A stretch of 41,236 nucleotides of DNA from a virus (IMGVR_UViG_3300031949_000084:1-41236), one strand, 5' to 3'; positions 24,341-34,370 are shown, counted from the first letter of the stretch. The notes: generated by a model not told the origin, from the sequence alone. Numbers and translations: made by a program.

Positions 24341-26146
24341 ATGGACTGGCAGCTCATCGAACCGAACCAGATCGTCGCTCTCGCCGAGCGCGTGGCGAAG
24401 TGGCCTGCGGCTGTCCTTGATGTTGAGGCGACAGGTGTGGAGCCATATCTCGGTGATTGCCCTATCGGTCTGGGGCTCGGTTCGCTGACGGGTGAGCGGC
24501 AATACTACCTGCCGCTTGAGGGATTGAACCCGCTTGATCTGCGGCCCCTCATCGAGCCGCTCGAACGGCTGCCACTGTTAGGCCACAACATCAAGTACGA
24601 CCTGCACATGATCGCTCTGCTCGGCTGGGCGGGCGAGCAGGAGGCGTTCTACGACGTGATGGTGTTGGCCCGTCTCTGGTCGAAAGAGGACAAGCCTCAG
24701 CTCGGGCTGAAGGAACTTGGCGCAGCGATCTTGGGTTACGAGTACAGTGACCCCGATGTTGTCAAACTCGTCAAGGGTGGCAAGGCGCAGAAGGTTCCAA
24801 CGCCCGACCTGGCACACTATTGCTGCGAGGATGTCTGGCTTACGCGCGAGCTGTATCTCTATTTCAAGAAGGTTCTGTCGCCAGAGCTCCTGCGCCTGTT
24901 CGCGATGGAGTGTCGCGTCAGCCGAGATCTGTTCGATATTGAACAGCGTGGCCAGCTCATCGATACGGACTACCTCGCCGAACTGGCCGACCAGACGGAG
25001 AAAGCTAAACAACGCTTCCTCGTGCCGATCCATGAAGTAGCGGGCGAGAAGTTCAATCCGCGTAGCGCGCCGCAGCGTATCGCCTTGATGAAAGAGCTCG
25101 GGATCGCGCCTGTCGCGTGGACACCGAAGGGCGCTCCGAGCTGGGACAAGGAAGCATTGCTGGAAGTGCGTGGCTTGCACCCTGTCGCCGTGGAGCTCGC
25201 ACGTCACAGCTCCCTCAGCTACATCCAGAGCAACATGATTGAACGTTGTCAACAGACCGTAGCGGCGGGTTTCGACGCGCTTCACGGTACGTTCATTCAG
25301 ACAGCAGTGACGGGGCGTCTGCGTAGCAGCGGGCCGAACCGACAAAACGACCCGCATGGCTGGCTTCAGTTCGGCGAGGCGGATATCCAGGGTGAAGATG
25401 TTCTTGTTTGGGTCGAGGATGAGAAGGCGCGCGAGCGGGAGTTCAGTATCGAGCGGCTCTTCAAGCCGCGCGAGGGCTACGCTCTTTTCAACGCTGACTA
25501 CCGGCAGATAGAGATGTACGTCCTGGGCTTCTACATGAAAGACCCCGTCTTCGAGCGCTGGCTCGCGAGTGGGAATGTTCATGCGGCGGTTGCGCAAGAA
25601 GTCTGGGGTGACGCGGACAAATTCTATGCGCGCGGGAAGACATTCAATTTTGCCATGGTCTACGGAACCGGCGATCTGGCGAACTCCAAGCGCCTGTCCT
25701 GCTCCTACGAACAAGCGCAGGAGTTTCGACAAGAATACTTCGCGCGTATGCCAGGCTATCCGCGCCTGATGCGAAAGGTGCGGCGAAAGCTGGCGCGCGA
25801 CGGCTTTCTTGAGAACGTGTATGGCCGCAAGTACTGGTTGGACGACGACCGCGCCTACGTCGGGGTGAACTACCTCTGTCAAGGGAGCGCGGGGGACTAC
25901 GTCAAGTTTCGCCTCCCCGCGACGCGCAAGTTACGGCGGGAGGCGGGCATACACGTTCTCAAGACAACACACGACGACTTCACATTTGAAGTTCCGCAAG
26001 AGAATATCAGCGTGATGCCCGACCTCTTGCACGAGCTGGCGCAGAGCCCGTTCGGTCGGACGTTAGAGCTAGACGTAGAATGGAGTACAACGAGTATGGT
26101 TGCGATGCGATCCTGGAGTGGTGAGGTAGTCCATGCCCCCACCTAG
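24341..26146 (+). CDS. polA: Family A DNA polymerase with 3'-5' exonuclease
   Basis: DVEATG, HNIKYD, YCCED, TGRLRSSGPN.QN, ADYRQIE, KTFNFAMVYG, NYLCQGSA, THDD. Confidence 0.95.
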   Translation: MDWQLIEPNQIVALAERVAKWPAAVLDVEATGVEPYLGDCPIGLGLGSLTGERQYYLPLEGLNPLDLRPLIEPLERLPLLGHNIKYDLHMIALLGWAGEQEAFYDVMVLARLWSKEDKPQLGLKELGAAILGYEYSDPDVVKLVKGGKAQKVPTPDLAHYCCEDVWLTRELYLYFKKVLSPELLRLFAMECRVSRDLFDIEQRGQLIDTDYLAELADQTEKAKQRFLVPIHEVAGEKFNPRSAPQRIALMKELGIAPVAWTPKGAPSWDKEALLEVRGLHPVAVELARHSSLSYIQSNMIERCQQTVAAGFDALHGTFIQTAVTGRLRSSGPNRQNDPHGWLQFGEADIQGEDVLVWVEDEKAREREFSIERLFKPREGYALFNADYRQIEMYVLGFYMKDPVFERWLASGNVHAAVAQEVWGDADKFYARGKTFNFAMVYGTGDLANSKRLSCSYEQAQEFRQEYFARMPGYPRLMRKVRRKLARDGFLENVYGRKYWLDDDRAYVGVNYLCQGSAGDYVKFRLPATRKLRREAGIHVLKTTHDDFTFEVPQENISVMPDLLHELAQSPFGRTLELDVEWSTTSMVAMRSWSGEVVHAPT

Positions 26147-27131
26147 GAAGTTACATCCGAAGAAAGAGGCGAACGCGGCAATCGCCGCTTTGGAGAAAGC
26201 CGGTCATGTCGTTCGCGGGAACGACGCGACGCTGAAGATCACTCGCGTCACGACGGGCGTCCCCGAGCTCGACAGCATCTTGACTGGCGGGTTTCCGCGT
26301 CGCCGAATTAGCATCATCGTGGGGGCATACTCAGCGGGAAAGACATTTCTTCTCCAGCTCTTTATGAAGGCGGCGCTCTCCGATGGGCTTCAGATCGTCT
26401 ACGTGGACACCGAGCAGACGTTCGATCCCGAATGGTGGGAGCAGGTAGGTCTTCCACTTGACGGTGTGAGCGTCAGCCAGCCGAGCAGCGGCGAGGCGGC
26501 GGTGCGCGTAGCGCTGGCGGCGGCGGGTGCGGGCGTGGATGTTGTCGCTATCGACAGCCTCGCGGCGCTCTATCCCGCGAAGATCACGGAGGAAGACCCC
26601 GAGAAGAAGTTCCCTGGCTATCGCGCTCAGATGATCAACCGTCTCTGCGAGGGGTTCCTCGCGCTCAAGTCGCCGAGTGTTCTGCTCTGCACTAACCAGC
26701 TACGCGACACGATGATGAGCGGTGCGGGGCCAGGGCCTTCTCTGAGCATGGCGGGCGGAAAGGGCCTTCTTCATTACGCAAGCATCATTCTGCGGATGCA
26801 TCGCGCGGGCTGGATCACCGAGCGCGAGCGGCGCGTCGGCTTCAACATGGAGATCCAGTGTCACAAGAGCAAGGTCGGTACACCCTTCGGCGAATGCCGT
26901 TTGCCGTTCCGCTTTCGTGGGGAGATCGACGTTCTCGCGATGCTTGTGGAGCGCGCCGTCGAGCACGGCTACATCGTCCAGGCGGGGCCGTGGTTCAAGA
27001 TCGAGCTAGCTGATATGGAGCCGGTCAAGGTGCAAGGGCGGAACGGAATCGTCGAAGAGCTGCGCGAGCATCCCGAGCTCGCCAATCGTTTGCGTTTGAT
27101 GATGGGGGAGGAGGCAGCAAGTGGCTCTTGA
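26133..27131 (+). CDS. recA: RecA-like recombinase
   Basis: GAYSAGKT, DTEQTFDP, IDSLAAL, NQLR, GGKGL..YAS, KSKVGTP, QAGPWF, QGR. Confidence 0.92.
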   Translation: MPPPRKLHPKKEANAAIAALEKAGHVVRGNDATLKITRVTTGVPELDSILTGGFPRRRISIIVGAYSAGKTFLLQLFMKAALSDGLQIVYVDTEQTFDPEWWEQVGLPLDGVSVSQPSSGEAAVRVALAAAGAGVDVVAIDSLAALYPAKITEEDPEKKFPGYRAQMINRLCEGFLALKSPSVLLCTNQLRDTMMSGAGPGPSLSMAGGKGLLHYASIILRMHRAGWITERERRVGFNMEIQCHKSKVGTPFGECRLPFRFRGEIDVLAMLVERAVEHGYIVQAGPWFKIELADMEPVKVQGRNGIVEELREHPELANRLRLMMGEEAASGS

Positions 27132-27312
27132 TGATGAAACAATAGAGGGGATATGCAGAAGGGCGCTGGATATAGTTCGCCGTTCTGTCATGACTGAATA
27201 TCGCAGCAATGCCTTTCCGGTAGTTCTGCGGTTTATGTTGGAAGGAGAACGGCGGGCTTCGCCTGTCTCACAGATGCCGCTTTCTTCGAGAGAGGAGACC
27301 GCGAGTGGCTGA
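27121..27312 (+). CDS. Hypothetical protein
   Basis: GGAGG RBS; fills the gap with overlaps. Confidence 0.55.
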   Translation: MALDDETIEGICRRALDIVRRSVMTEYRSNAFPVVLRFMLEGERRASPVSQMPLSSREETASG

Positions 27313-27532
27313 ACAAGAAGAGCTGCGTGTCAGTGTCAGTGTCGCGCGGAAGCTGAACCTATCCAACTATGAAAGCGCCGACATTTTCATAGCGGTGAGC
27401 GGTCTTGAACCAGGCGCGGGCGAGGCAGAAATCGAAGAGGCGCTCGCAACAGGCGACCGAGCCTTCGCCATCATCAAGAAGCATCTGCGCGCTCAGATGG
27501 AGGCCGCGCGGAAGGAATGGCAAAACACATGA
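27305..27532 (+). CDS. Conserved small phage protein
   Basis: VSVSVARKLNLSNYESA motif. Confidence 0.8.
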   Translation: MAEQEELRVSVSVARKLNLSNYESADIFIAVSGLEPGAGEAEIEEALATGDRAFAIIKKHLRAQMEAARKEWQNT

Positions 27533-27792
27533 GAGAGCCACCGAAGGAGACGTTCTCTCCGTTCTGCCGCGCAGGCGACCACGAACTGTGCGACGGCATC
27601 GCGCCTGACAACCCGCCTGGTTGCTATTGCCCCTGCCACGAGAGCGACGGCGAGTACCCATTGGAGGAGGGTGAGGATTCTCGCGAAAGAGCATCGGCAT
27701 TTATCAAGGCGGATTTTCTTTCTTCTTGTGGTGCCGTTCCCAACCGAGAGGATTGGGAAAGAGCACTTTCCGAGAAGAGGGCACGGCGCTGA
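27529..27792 (+). CDS. Hypothetical Cys-rich protein
   Basis: ATGA coupling; FC..G.H..C...CYCPCH. Confidence 0.65.
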   Translation: MREPPKETFSPFCRAGDHELCDGIAPDNPPGCYCPCHESDGEYPLEEGEDSRERASAFIKADFLSSCGAVPNREDWERALSEKRARR

Positions 27793-27798
27793 GTTCCG

Positions 27799-28083
27799 AT
27801 GCGTTCGCTGAATGGTTTCCACAGGCAGGTTACGCGCTGGCTTGATGAGCTCGGAATGTCTTACGTCGAGGAATTTCAAGCTGGCCCGTGGAGTCTTGAC
27901 ATCTATATCCCTGACGCGAAGCTCGGCGTAGAGGTCGATGGGCCGTTACATCGTCGTGCGAAGGATTGGGAGCGCGACCGGCTCATCCTCTCGCACTTCG
28001 GAATTCGCATCGTGAGGGTGCGTGTTGGAGAGCGGAAAGAGAAAGTATTGGAGGCGATCTTTGGTGAACATCTATCAATCTGA
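27799..28083 (+). CDS. DUF559/Vsr-like endonuclease
   Basis: LDIYIP..KLGVEVDGPLH...D.ERD. Confidence 0.85.
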   Translation: MRSLNGFHRQVTRWLDELGMSYVEEFQAGPWSLDIYIPDAKLGVEVDGPLHRRAKDWERDRLILSHFGIRIVRVRVGERKEKVLEAIFGEHLSI

Positions 28084-28516
28084 GACTTGGGAATCGGACT
28101 ACCCCAACCCTGTTTCAATTGAGGATTTTCCTATCGTCTCTGATCCTTCCGCGCAGTGGGTAGACGGCTCGAACCTCGACGGCCTCTATGGTAAGGAGAC
28201 GATGCAGCATGCCCTCTGCCTCGACTTCGACGGTGTCCTCCACGCCTACAGCGATGGTTGGAAGGGGCATGACAACATCTATGACGATCCCGTCGCGGGC
28301 GCGGTAGAGGCCTGCCACGCTCTCGCTGAGGCGGGCTGGGCGCTCTATGTGTTGAGCAGCCGTAGCGACCTCGCGCCCGTCGCTTCCTGGCTGGTGCGCT
28401 GGGGGTTTCCTCCGATGACACTGACGCGGGTGAAGCCGATAAGTGTCGCGTACATTGACGATCGAGCTGTTCGCTTTGAAGGGAACTGGCTAGCAATACG
28501 GAAACTGTTTGCATGA
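28064..28516 (+). CDS. HAD-superfamily hydrolase
   Basis: LDFDGVLH.Y..GW, SSR, KP...YIDDRA; alternative start at 28202 has its own RBS. Confidence 0.85.
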   Translation: MNIYQSETWESDYPNPVSIEDFPIVSDPSAQWVDGSNLDGLYGKETMQHALCLDFDGVLHAYSDGWKGHDNIYDDPVAGAVEACHALAEAGWALYVLSSRSDLAPVASWLVRWGFPPMTLTRVKPISVAYIDDRAVRFEGNWLAIRKLFA

Positions 28517-28677
28517 GAAGAAGATTTCTCTGGGCTGACGGGGGCTTCCGTTGGTGGCGGTTTCGTCTCTGGCCGTTTCGATGTTGGGTTTCATTCTCGT
28601 TTGAACTTTGGCGACATCTGCCATCAGAGCTCGATGATGGAATACGGTACAAGAATTGGCTCGAGAGCTGGAAGTGA
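28513..28677 (+). CDS. Small Trp/Arg-rich protein (54 aa)
   Basis: Manual translation MRRRFLWADGGFRWWRFRLWPF...; ATGA coupling. Confidence 0.5.
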   Translation: MRRRFLWADGGFRWWRFRLWPFRCWVSFSFELWRHLPSELDDGIRYKNWLESWK

Positions 28678-28685
28678 GAGAAATA

Positions 28686-28871
28686 ATGGTGACGTATAAT
28701 CGCTGCTGTTTTCAAGGGTACTGCTCCTATTGTACTGGCGAGATGCGTAGAGCTTGGAGGGCGGATTGGAAGTTTCGTCTTCTTCATTGGCCCTTTTGTC
28801 ATTGGGCTCGGATGCGCGATGGAACTGTTATCGAGCATGGACAGCAGAGCCGAAAGTACCTCAAGCGATGA
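28686..28871 (+). CDS. Small Cys/Trp-rich protein
   Basis: MVTYNRCCFQGYCSYC...; coupled to the next gene. Confidence 0.5.
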   Translation: MVTYNRCCFQGYCSYCTGEMRRAWRADWKFRLLHWPFCHWARMRDGTVIEHGQQSRKYLKR

Positions 28872-29206
28872 GTACACTCGCTGAACTCTCCAAGCGTATC
28901 CACGAGACTGCCGAGCGGAACGGCTTTTACGATCCTCCGCGCCGTCTGCCCGAAGTTCTGACGCTCGCCCATAGCGAGCTGAGCGAAGCATTCGAGGCTT
29001 GGCGTGACGCGCCAGATGATCCATTCACTTATGATGACGATGATTCGTTTCGAATCAAGCCCGTAGGTTGGGCTGTCGAGGTTGTCGATTGCATCATCGT
29101 CTGTCTCGATATTCTCTACGCGGCGGGTATCGCCGTCGAGCCTTTGCTCGCCGAGAAGATGCGCTACAACGAGACGCGCCCGCGTCGCCATGGACGGGGT
29201 ATCTAA
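28868..29206 (+). CDS. MazG-like nucleotide pyrophosphohydrolase
   Basis: LAHSELSEAFEAWR...EVVDCII..LD...EKMRYNETRP.RHG. Confidence 0.88.
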   Translation: MSTLAELSKRIHETAERNGFYDPPRRLPEVLTLAHSELSEAFEAWRDAPDDPFTYDDDDSFRIKPVGWAVEVVDCIIVCLDILYAAGIAVEPLLAEKMRYNETRPRRHGRGI

Positions 29207-29207
29207 G

Positions 29208-29792
29208 GTGCAGAACGTGCTGCTGGATCAAGCGCATGAATGCTTGGCCCAGATTCTTTCGTTCTATGCTTCTGATGGTGGGTTGCTGGTGGATGTCTCC
29301 TATGGCGCGGGGCGATTAGTGTCTGTGCTTCCGCCTTGTTGGCAAATCGTTGGTCTCGACCTTGCCGGTTCACCCGCGCCAATTGTTCGAGCGGATTGGG
29401 GCCGTCTCCCGCTGCGAAATGGTGTTGCGGATGCTCTGTTGTTTGATCCCCCTTATATCACTGGCCCTGCAAAGAATCGCGGACGCGGAGCAAAGGGGCA
29501 GCGTGATGCTTGGTCTGAGCATCAAGTTGTTCTGCCCAACGCAGATTATTCGTGTCCCGTAAAAGAGGGGGCACGTGTTTTGCGTTCCGGGGGACTCTTC
29601 ATCGCGAAAATTAGGAACAGTCGAGAGAAGGGCCGGATGATTGAGCATGATCGTTTGCTTCGAACCGCTCTCGAGCTCTGCGATCTTCGCCTTGAAGAGA
29701 TGTTCGTTTATCTCAAGGGGCCTGGGTCGTGGACGTTCAAGAACATTGCTCATCAGTCATACGGTTTCTTTCTTGTAGCGAGGAAGCCATGA
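29208..29792 (+). CDS. DNA amino-methyltransferase (N6-A/N4-C type)
   Basis: DVSYGAG, FDPPY, E..RVL..GG....K. Confidence 0.8.
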   Translation: MQNVLLDQAHECLAQILSFYASDGGLLVDVSYGAGRLVSVLPPCWQIVGLDLAGSPAPIVRADWGRLPLRNGVADALLFDPPYITGPAKNRGRGAKGQRDAWSEHQVVLPNADYSCPVKEGARVLRSGGLFIAKIRNSREKGRMIEHDRLLRTALELCDLRLEEMFVYLKGPGSWTFKNIAHQSYGFFLVARKP

Positions 29793-30112
29793 TGACGGCC
29801 CGACTCAAGCTCCGTAACTCTAAGGGCGAGCTTCGGTGGGACGTCACAGAGGACGAATCTCTCCATCTGTGGATTGACGACAAGATTCCTATGCCTCCGC
29901 CGGATGGGCAGCGGTGCGAGCTGTTGGAAGTTCACGAAGGTGAAGAGCTTCCCACGGCTACTGCGTATATGTGGAAGATCGAGGGCGATCACGTCTGTTA
30001 CTCCTATGTCTGCGAGGGTTGCGAAGAGACGCTAGACTTCGATTCTCCTGATCCAGAGGAATACCCCACAACGGACGGAGGCTACGCCGTCGCTCCGAGG
30101 CATTGCTCATGA
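29789..30112 (+). CDS. Hypothetical protein
   Basis: Coupled on both sides; GAGGA RBS. Confidence 0.65.
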   Translation: MMTARLKLRNSKGELRWDVTEDESLHLWIDDKIPMPPPDGQRCELLEVHEGEELPTATAYMWKIEGDHVCYSYVCEGCEETLDFDSPDPEEYPTTDGGYAVAPRHCS

Positions 30113-30915
30113 GCCCGCTGCGCAAGGGCCAGGTGCGTGCGAGCGAGGGGCTGGCGAGCTTGATCGCGGGTGACCCCTGCCGCTATCTCGTCTACGCCGT
30201 GGAGCAAGTTGCCCCGCTGGCGGGGCATCGTCGGCTCGGGCGTGTGTTGCGCAAGACGCGGCGGCGCAGCCAGACCGTCGGTTGGATACATGCGAGCGAC
30301 GCGGCGCACCCTTGCGACCGGCTTCTCGCGGCGCTCCTACTCGGCTACGACCTGCGGCGGCGTGATCACACTCCTCGCCTGCTCCGCATCTTTGAGAACG
30401 GCCACATGATGCATCTGCGCTGGCAGAACTCCTTCATGAGTCTCCCGCCCGCGTGGCGCGTCGAGGTCTCTCCGCTCCTGCGGCACTGGCCTATCGTCGG
30501 GGAGGCCGATGTGATCGTCGAGCACGCCGAGTTCGGCCTTGTCGTCGTCGAGTTGAAGTCCATTCGCGACGACGGCTTCCGCGCCCTTCGCGAGCCGCAA
30601 CCAGCGCACACGGCGCAGGTTGGCATGTATGTCGGGCTGGCGGGTGGTTCGCCCCAGGTCTGGTACGAGAACAAGAACGACCAGAAGCTCACGACCTTCT
30701 GCCCTGGCTGCTGCCCTGCCCTAGCCCATAGCGCCGCTGCCTTCGAGCGGACGCGTGAGCGGCTCCTGGGCCTCGCTGAGAGGGTTCTGGAGGGCACCCT
30801 ACCGAACGGGTGCGGCGAGTGTGGCCTGGACGACGAGATCGGTGAGCTGCGAATCGACGAGGAGCGAATCAGGCTGCTACGAGAGGAGCGAGATCATGCG
30901 GAAGCCCAAAGCTGA
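30109..30915 (+). CDS. Cas4-like PD-(D/E)xK exonuclease
   Basis: HAS...C.R, G...H, GEAD, VELKS, QV.MY, YENKNDQ, C-terminal Cys residues. Confidence 0.85.
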   Translation: MSPLRKGQVRASEGLASLIAGDPCRYLVYAVEQVAPLAGHRRLGRVLRKTRRRSQTVGWIHASDAAHPCDRLLAALLLGYDLRRRDHTPRLLRIFENGHMMHLRWQNSFMSLPPAWRVEVSPLLRHWPIVGEADVIVEHAEFGLVVVELKSIRDDGFRALREPQPAHTAQVGMYVGLAGGSPQVWYENKNDQKLTTFCPGCCPALAHSAAAFERTRERLLGLAERVLEGTLPNGCGECGLDDEIGELRIDEERIRLLREERDHAEAQS

Positions 30916-31543
30916 AGAGCCTGTCGCCGCGCAGCCCGCTGATGTGCTCATCGTTCATGACGGGCACGAGCTTTGGCCGCTCTATCCCGAGGACGCGCTT
31001 TACCGCGCAGCGCAGGCGCTCACGCCCGATGACGCAGGAATCCGTCATGCGAATGGCGCTCTTGCCCTCGCGGTGCGCGGCTACACGCACGAGCAAGCTG
31101 TTGCCCGTGCCGATGCCGCTCTCGTCGAGCTTGCGATTCCTTGGGACGAGCTGCGCCTCACCGATCTGGACGTTCAGCAGGGCAATCTTCTTGTGATGAG
31201 CGAGCGGCTAGCGCGGATCACATACCACATTGTCCAGGTGAACAATAAGCTCACTGGCCTTGTCTCGCGCCACGCGGCGGCGCGAGAGCTATTGGAGCAC
31301 GCGGTCAACCGAGGTCTTGGGCGGAGCGGCGAGGAGGCGGAGCGGCGCTTCACGAAAGATGTGCGAATCGCCTTGCTCATCAGCCGTGTGAAGCAGATGC
31401 GCAACATGAAGATCGAGCTCATCGAGGGCGGCGCGGCGATCAAGGCGTTGGAGCTTACGCGCGATAGCCTCGATCTCATGTGGCGCACCGTGAGCCGTTG
31501 CGTCTCCGCGCGCATGTCGGAGCCGCTCGACAGGAGCGATTGA
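30896..31543 (+). CDS. Hypothetical coiled-coil protein
   Basis: GAGGAG RBS before ATG 30896. Confidence 0.7.
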   Translation: MRKPKAEEPVAAQPADVLIVHDGHELWPLYPEDALYRAAQALTPDDAGIRHANGALALAVRGYTHEQAVARADAALVELAIPWDELRLTDLDVQQGNLLVMSERLARITYHIVQVNNKLTGLVSRHAAARELLEHAVNRGLGRSGEEAERRFTKDVRIALLISRVKQMRNMKIELIEGGAAIKALELTRDSLDLMWRTVSRCVSARMSEPLDRSD

Positions 31544-31756
31544 ATGAGCGAGTACAAATGGAAATCTGTCAATGTGAGTCCGAACACCTATGAGTATCTC
31601 CGCGCGTCGCGCCAGCCGGAGGAGAGCTTAGACGTGACGCTGCGCCGTCTGCTCGGTCTTACGCAGGAGCCTCATCGCCCCTCGACGCGCCGAAGCTATT
31701 ATCCCGAGGATGCGCGAGCACGCGCCATTCGGCGTGGGGAGAAGATAGAGCCGTGA
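31544..31756 (+). CDS. Ribbon-helix-helix / antitoxin-like DNA-binding protein
   Basis: KSVNVS..TYEYL.....EESLD..LRRLL. Confidence 0.65.
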   Translation: MSEYKWKSVNVSPNTYEYLRASRQPEESLDVTLRRLLGLTQEPHRPSTRRSYYPEDARARAIRRGEKIEP

Positions 31757-32238
31757 AGTTTGTAGGGATCGACCCAGGCGTCACGGGCGCAATCGCCTTG
31801 CTCCCCGACGAGACGATTTGGGATACGCCGGTGATACTTATCAATGGTAAGCGGAGCTATCAGCCCGTCGCCATGGCGAGGATCATCCAGGAGATTCTTG
31901 ACGGCGCAGGTGACGAGGAGGTCATGGTCGCGCTGGAGCGGCAGCAGGCGTTTCCGCGCCAGGGTAGCGTCTCGACTGGGAGCATTATGCGCGGCTACGG
32001 GCTGTGGGAGGGTATCCTCGCGGCGGTGGGGGTCGCCTATAGCTGCCCTCGCCCGCAGGAATGGCAGCGCGCCATAGGGCGGGCGGCGGGGAAGGACAAG
32101 GGCGCGAGCGTTCAGCGGGCGCAGCAGCTCTTTCCTCGCTTTACGGCCCGTTGGAAAAAGAATGACCATGGAAAATCTGACGCCTTACTTCTAGCGGCTT
32201 ACGCGCAGCGGGGCTTTACAAAGCCCACTGAGGTATAG
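31753..32238 (+). CDS. RuvC-like Holliday junction resolvase
   Basis: FVGIDPGVTGAIA, LE, P.EW, DK..S, DHGKSDALLLA. Confidence 0.9.
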   Translation: MKFVGIDPGVTGAIALLPDETIWDTPVILINGKRSYQPVAMARIIQEILDGAGDEEVMVALERQQAFPRQGSVSTGSIMRGYGLWEGILAAVGVAYSCPRPQEWQRAIGRAAGKDKGASVQRAQQLFPRFTARWKKNDHGKSDALLLAAYAQRGFTKPTEV

Positions 32239-32244
32239 TAAACT
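32215..32244 (+). promoter_or_regulatory. Promoter giving a leaderless mRNA
   Basis: TTTACA-N18-TAAACT, ATG 6 nt later; -35 within the palindrome GGGCTTT-AC-AAAGCCC. Confidence 0.7.
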
Positions 32245-32250
32245 AAGGGC

Positions 32251-32475
32251 ATGAAGACGCTTGAAGATATCTGCGAGGACGTGTTGGAGGCGCTCCAGCA
32301 TAGCGGCGGATGGATGACGCTCGCCGAAATACAGGTCGCCACTCGCGAGCGAAGCAGTAGCGCGGTGTATGAGGCGCTTCAGTATCTCGTGCGCACGGCC
32401 TGCGTTTCGGCGCGGCGCAGTTGGGGCGCAGACGGGCAGGCATATTGGCATGCCGTGATGGAGGACGAACGATGA
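32251..32475 (+). CDS. Small winged-HTH protein
   Basis: VLEAL...MTLAEI......SAVYEALQYL. Confidence 0.65.
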   Translation: MKTLEDICEDVLEALQHSGGWMTLAEIQVATRERSSSAVYEALQYLVRTACVSARRSWGADGQAYWHAVMEDER

Positions 32476-32822
32476 AGGTTCTCGTCTGCGGTGACAGAAA
32501 CTGGCGCGACGCCTCTGTTATTGCTCGTCGTCTCAAGGAGCTACCCAGCGGTTCGACGATCATCCATGGTGCTGCTCGTGGGGCGGACTACTTTGGCGGC
32601 GCTGAAGCAGAGTTCCTAGGTTTCTATGTCCGCACCTATCCTGCGCAATGGGAACGTTATGGTCGCGCCGCTGGTATGCGACGTAATCAACAGATGCTCG
32701 ATGAAGAGGCCATTGACCTCGTTCTTGCATTTCACGCGGACATTGAGCATAGCAAGGGGACGAAGGATATGGTGACTCGCGCCCGCAAAGCGAACATCGT
32801 GGTGGAGGTCATAACAGGATGA
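32472..32822 (+). CDS. YspA/SLOG family (DUF2493) protein
   Basis: KVLVCGDRNW, IIHGAARGAD, YPAQW..YG..AG..RNQQM, SKGT..M. Confidence 0.9.
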   Translation: MKVLVCGDRNWRDASVIARRLKELPSGSTIIHGAARGADYFGGAEAEFLGFYVRTYPAQWERYGRAAGMRRNQQMLDEEAIDLVLAFHADIEHSKGTKDMVTRARKANIVVEVITG

Positions 32823-33733
32823 TCGAGCTAGCGCCGCGCCTACTCTATCTCACGCGCGAAGACTGGGGCGAAGACCCGCGCTACCCGCGTCTCGGCGGGC
32901 CGGACGACCCGCGTAACCCTGGCGACTGGCGCTTCATCGCGCCGGAAGAGCGGCTCTACAACATCGTCCATCATACCGTCGGGATCGACAATGACGCGAC
33001 GGTCAACGTCTGGGAATCCCTCGATGAGATCAAGGTGATGATGCGCCGCCTCCAGGTGATCCGTCCCGACCTGGGGCTAGATGTTCCCTATAACTTTGTC
33101 GCGTTCCTGTATGAATCTGTGACACATGAGATTTGGCTAGTCATCTGTGAAGGGCGCGGCTATCAGCGAGCGGGTGCGCACACGGCAGGGCGTGACGCAC
33201 AAGGTCGCTACTTCAACCACGCGGGTGTCGCAACGAGCTATGCGGGGAACTTCGAGGATTTCCCAACGAACTTTGACCCCTGGATGCAGCCGATCAATTA
33301 TTGGAACGGACATCTGGGTGTCTATGCCCCGAACCTTGCGTCGCGCAGCGTCTGCGGCCAACAGAATGCCTGCGGGCACCGCGACTTCGCTCCGTTCTCG
33401 AACCTCAACGCAACGGCCTGCCCTGGGCACTATCTCTACGCAATCCTTCCGAGCATCCAGTTTGCGCAACCGCCCGCAGAGGAGGAAGATGATATGAAAG
33501 TACAGCTCGTGCGCGAGGAAGGTTCGCGCTTCGTGTGGATGGTCTTTGGCAACACGCGCTCCTTCCTCCGCAACATCAAACACGCCGAGGAATTGGGCAT
33601 CGACCTGGAGATCAAGATTGTCCCACGCGGAACGCTCGACAGCTTCGCTCGCCTTGACGACATCGGGCCGCGTCTCGACACGTTGCGCGGCTTGGCGGAA
33701 GAAATCAAGAAGAAGGTGTTTCTCCTTGGATAA
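32819..33733 (+). CDS. Endolysin, N-acetylmuramoyl-L-alanine amidase (Amidase_2/PGRP-like)
   Basis: TREDWG, IVHHT, DVPYNF, EGRG..AGAHT, GHRD...TACPG. Confidence 0.9.
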   Translation: MIELAPRLLYLTREDWGEDPRYPRLGGPDDPRNPGDWRFIAPEERLYNIVHHTVGIDNDATVNVWESLDEIKVMMRRLQVIRPDLGLDVPYNFVAFLYESVTHEIWLVICEGRGYQRAGAHTAGRDAQGRYFNHAGVATSYAGNFEDFPTNFDPWMQPINYWNGHLGVYAPNLASRSVCGQQNACGHRDFAPFSNLNATACPGHYLYAILPSIQFAQPPAEEEDDMKVQLVREEGSRFVWMVFGNTRSFLRNIKHAEELGIDLEIKIVPRGTLDSFARLDDIGPRLDTLRGLAEEIKKKVFLLG

Positions 33734-33784
33734 GCACGGCGCAGCTATCCGGGCGCTTGCGGCGCTGCTTAGCGAAGGCCAGCG

Positions 33785-33991
33785 ATGGCTGAGTATGACG
33801 ATCACCGTGAGTACCAAGAGCTTCTGGTCCGATGCGAGCAGTCGGAATCCGCCATGCGGAATTACAAGCGTGACCTGGCCGAGGTGCGGGAAGCGCTTGT
33901 GCTTGCAAACAAGCTCGGCGGAGCCGTGAGCGGAAGTGCTAAGTTCTGGCGATTGGTAGACCGCGCCCTCGCCCGCGAGGAGGAGCCATGA
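33785..33991 (+). CDS. Hypothetical coiled-coil protein
   Basis: Plus-strand ORF in operon order. Confidence 0.6.
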   Translation: MAEYDDHREYQELLVRCEQSESAMRNYKRDLAEVREALVLANKLGGAVSGSAKFWRLVDRALAREEEP

Positions 33992-34229
33992 CGCCGCTAC
34001 AGGGGAGCGCAGCCGCAGCCGCGCTAGCCCCGGTCTCGCCCCAGTAGGACTGGGCGAGACGGGAGGGAAGAGGACCAAAGCAAGGAGGCACCTCATGGAA
34101 GCGAGCGAAGTTCAGGGAGAAGACAGATAAAGTGTTCCGCCCCCCAGAGCCTCTTACGCTGCGTTGCGGTCGCCCTCCTGGGGATCGCTGCTGCCTGGGC
34201 CTTCTGGGACGCGGGAGGAGGGACGCCTA

Positions 34230-34370
34230 GTGGTCGATTCGAAAGTAGAACTGAAAGCTCTACGAATGCTTGTCAGGGCGATGGGAATGCTCGAACTGGA
34301 CAAGGACGCGCAGAGCCGAGTCTTGGAGTACCTGATGGGCCGCTACTGTGCGGAGGGGAAGGTGGCCTAG
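34230..34370 (+). CDS. Small hypothetical protein (46 aa)
   Basis: GGAGGAGG RBS before GTG; MVDSKVELKAL...QSRVLEYLMGRY. Confidence 0.55.
   Translation: MVDSKVELKALRMLVRAMGMLELDKDAQSRVLEYLMGRYCAEGKVA

Noticed and set aside
30109-30915. Cas4-like nuclease as evidence of CRISPR-Cas
   Set aside because: No other cas genes or repeat-spacer array; solo Cas4-like exonucleases are common in phage replication modules.
34033-34060. Hairpin GTCTCGCCC/GGGCGAGAC as an intrinsic terminator
   Set aside because: No U-tract on either strand; function unclear.
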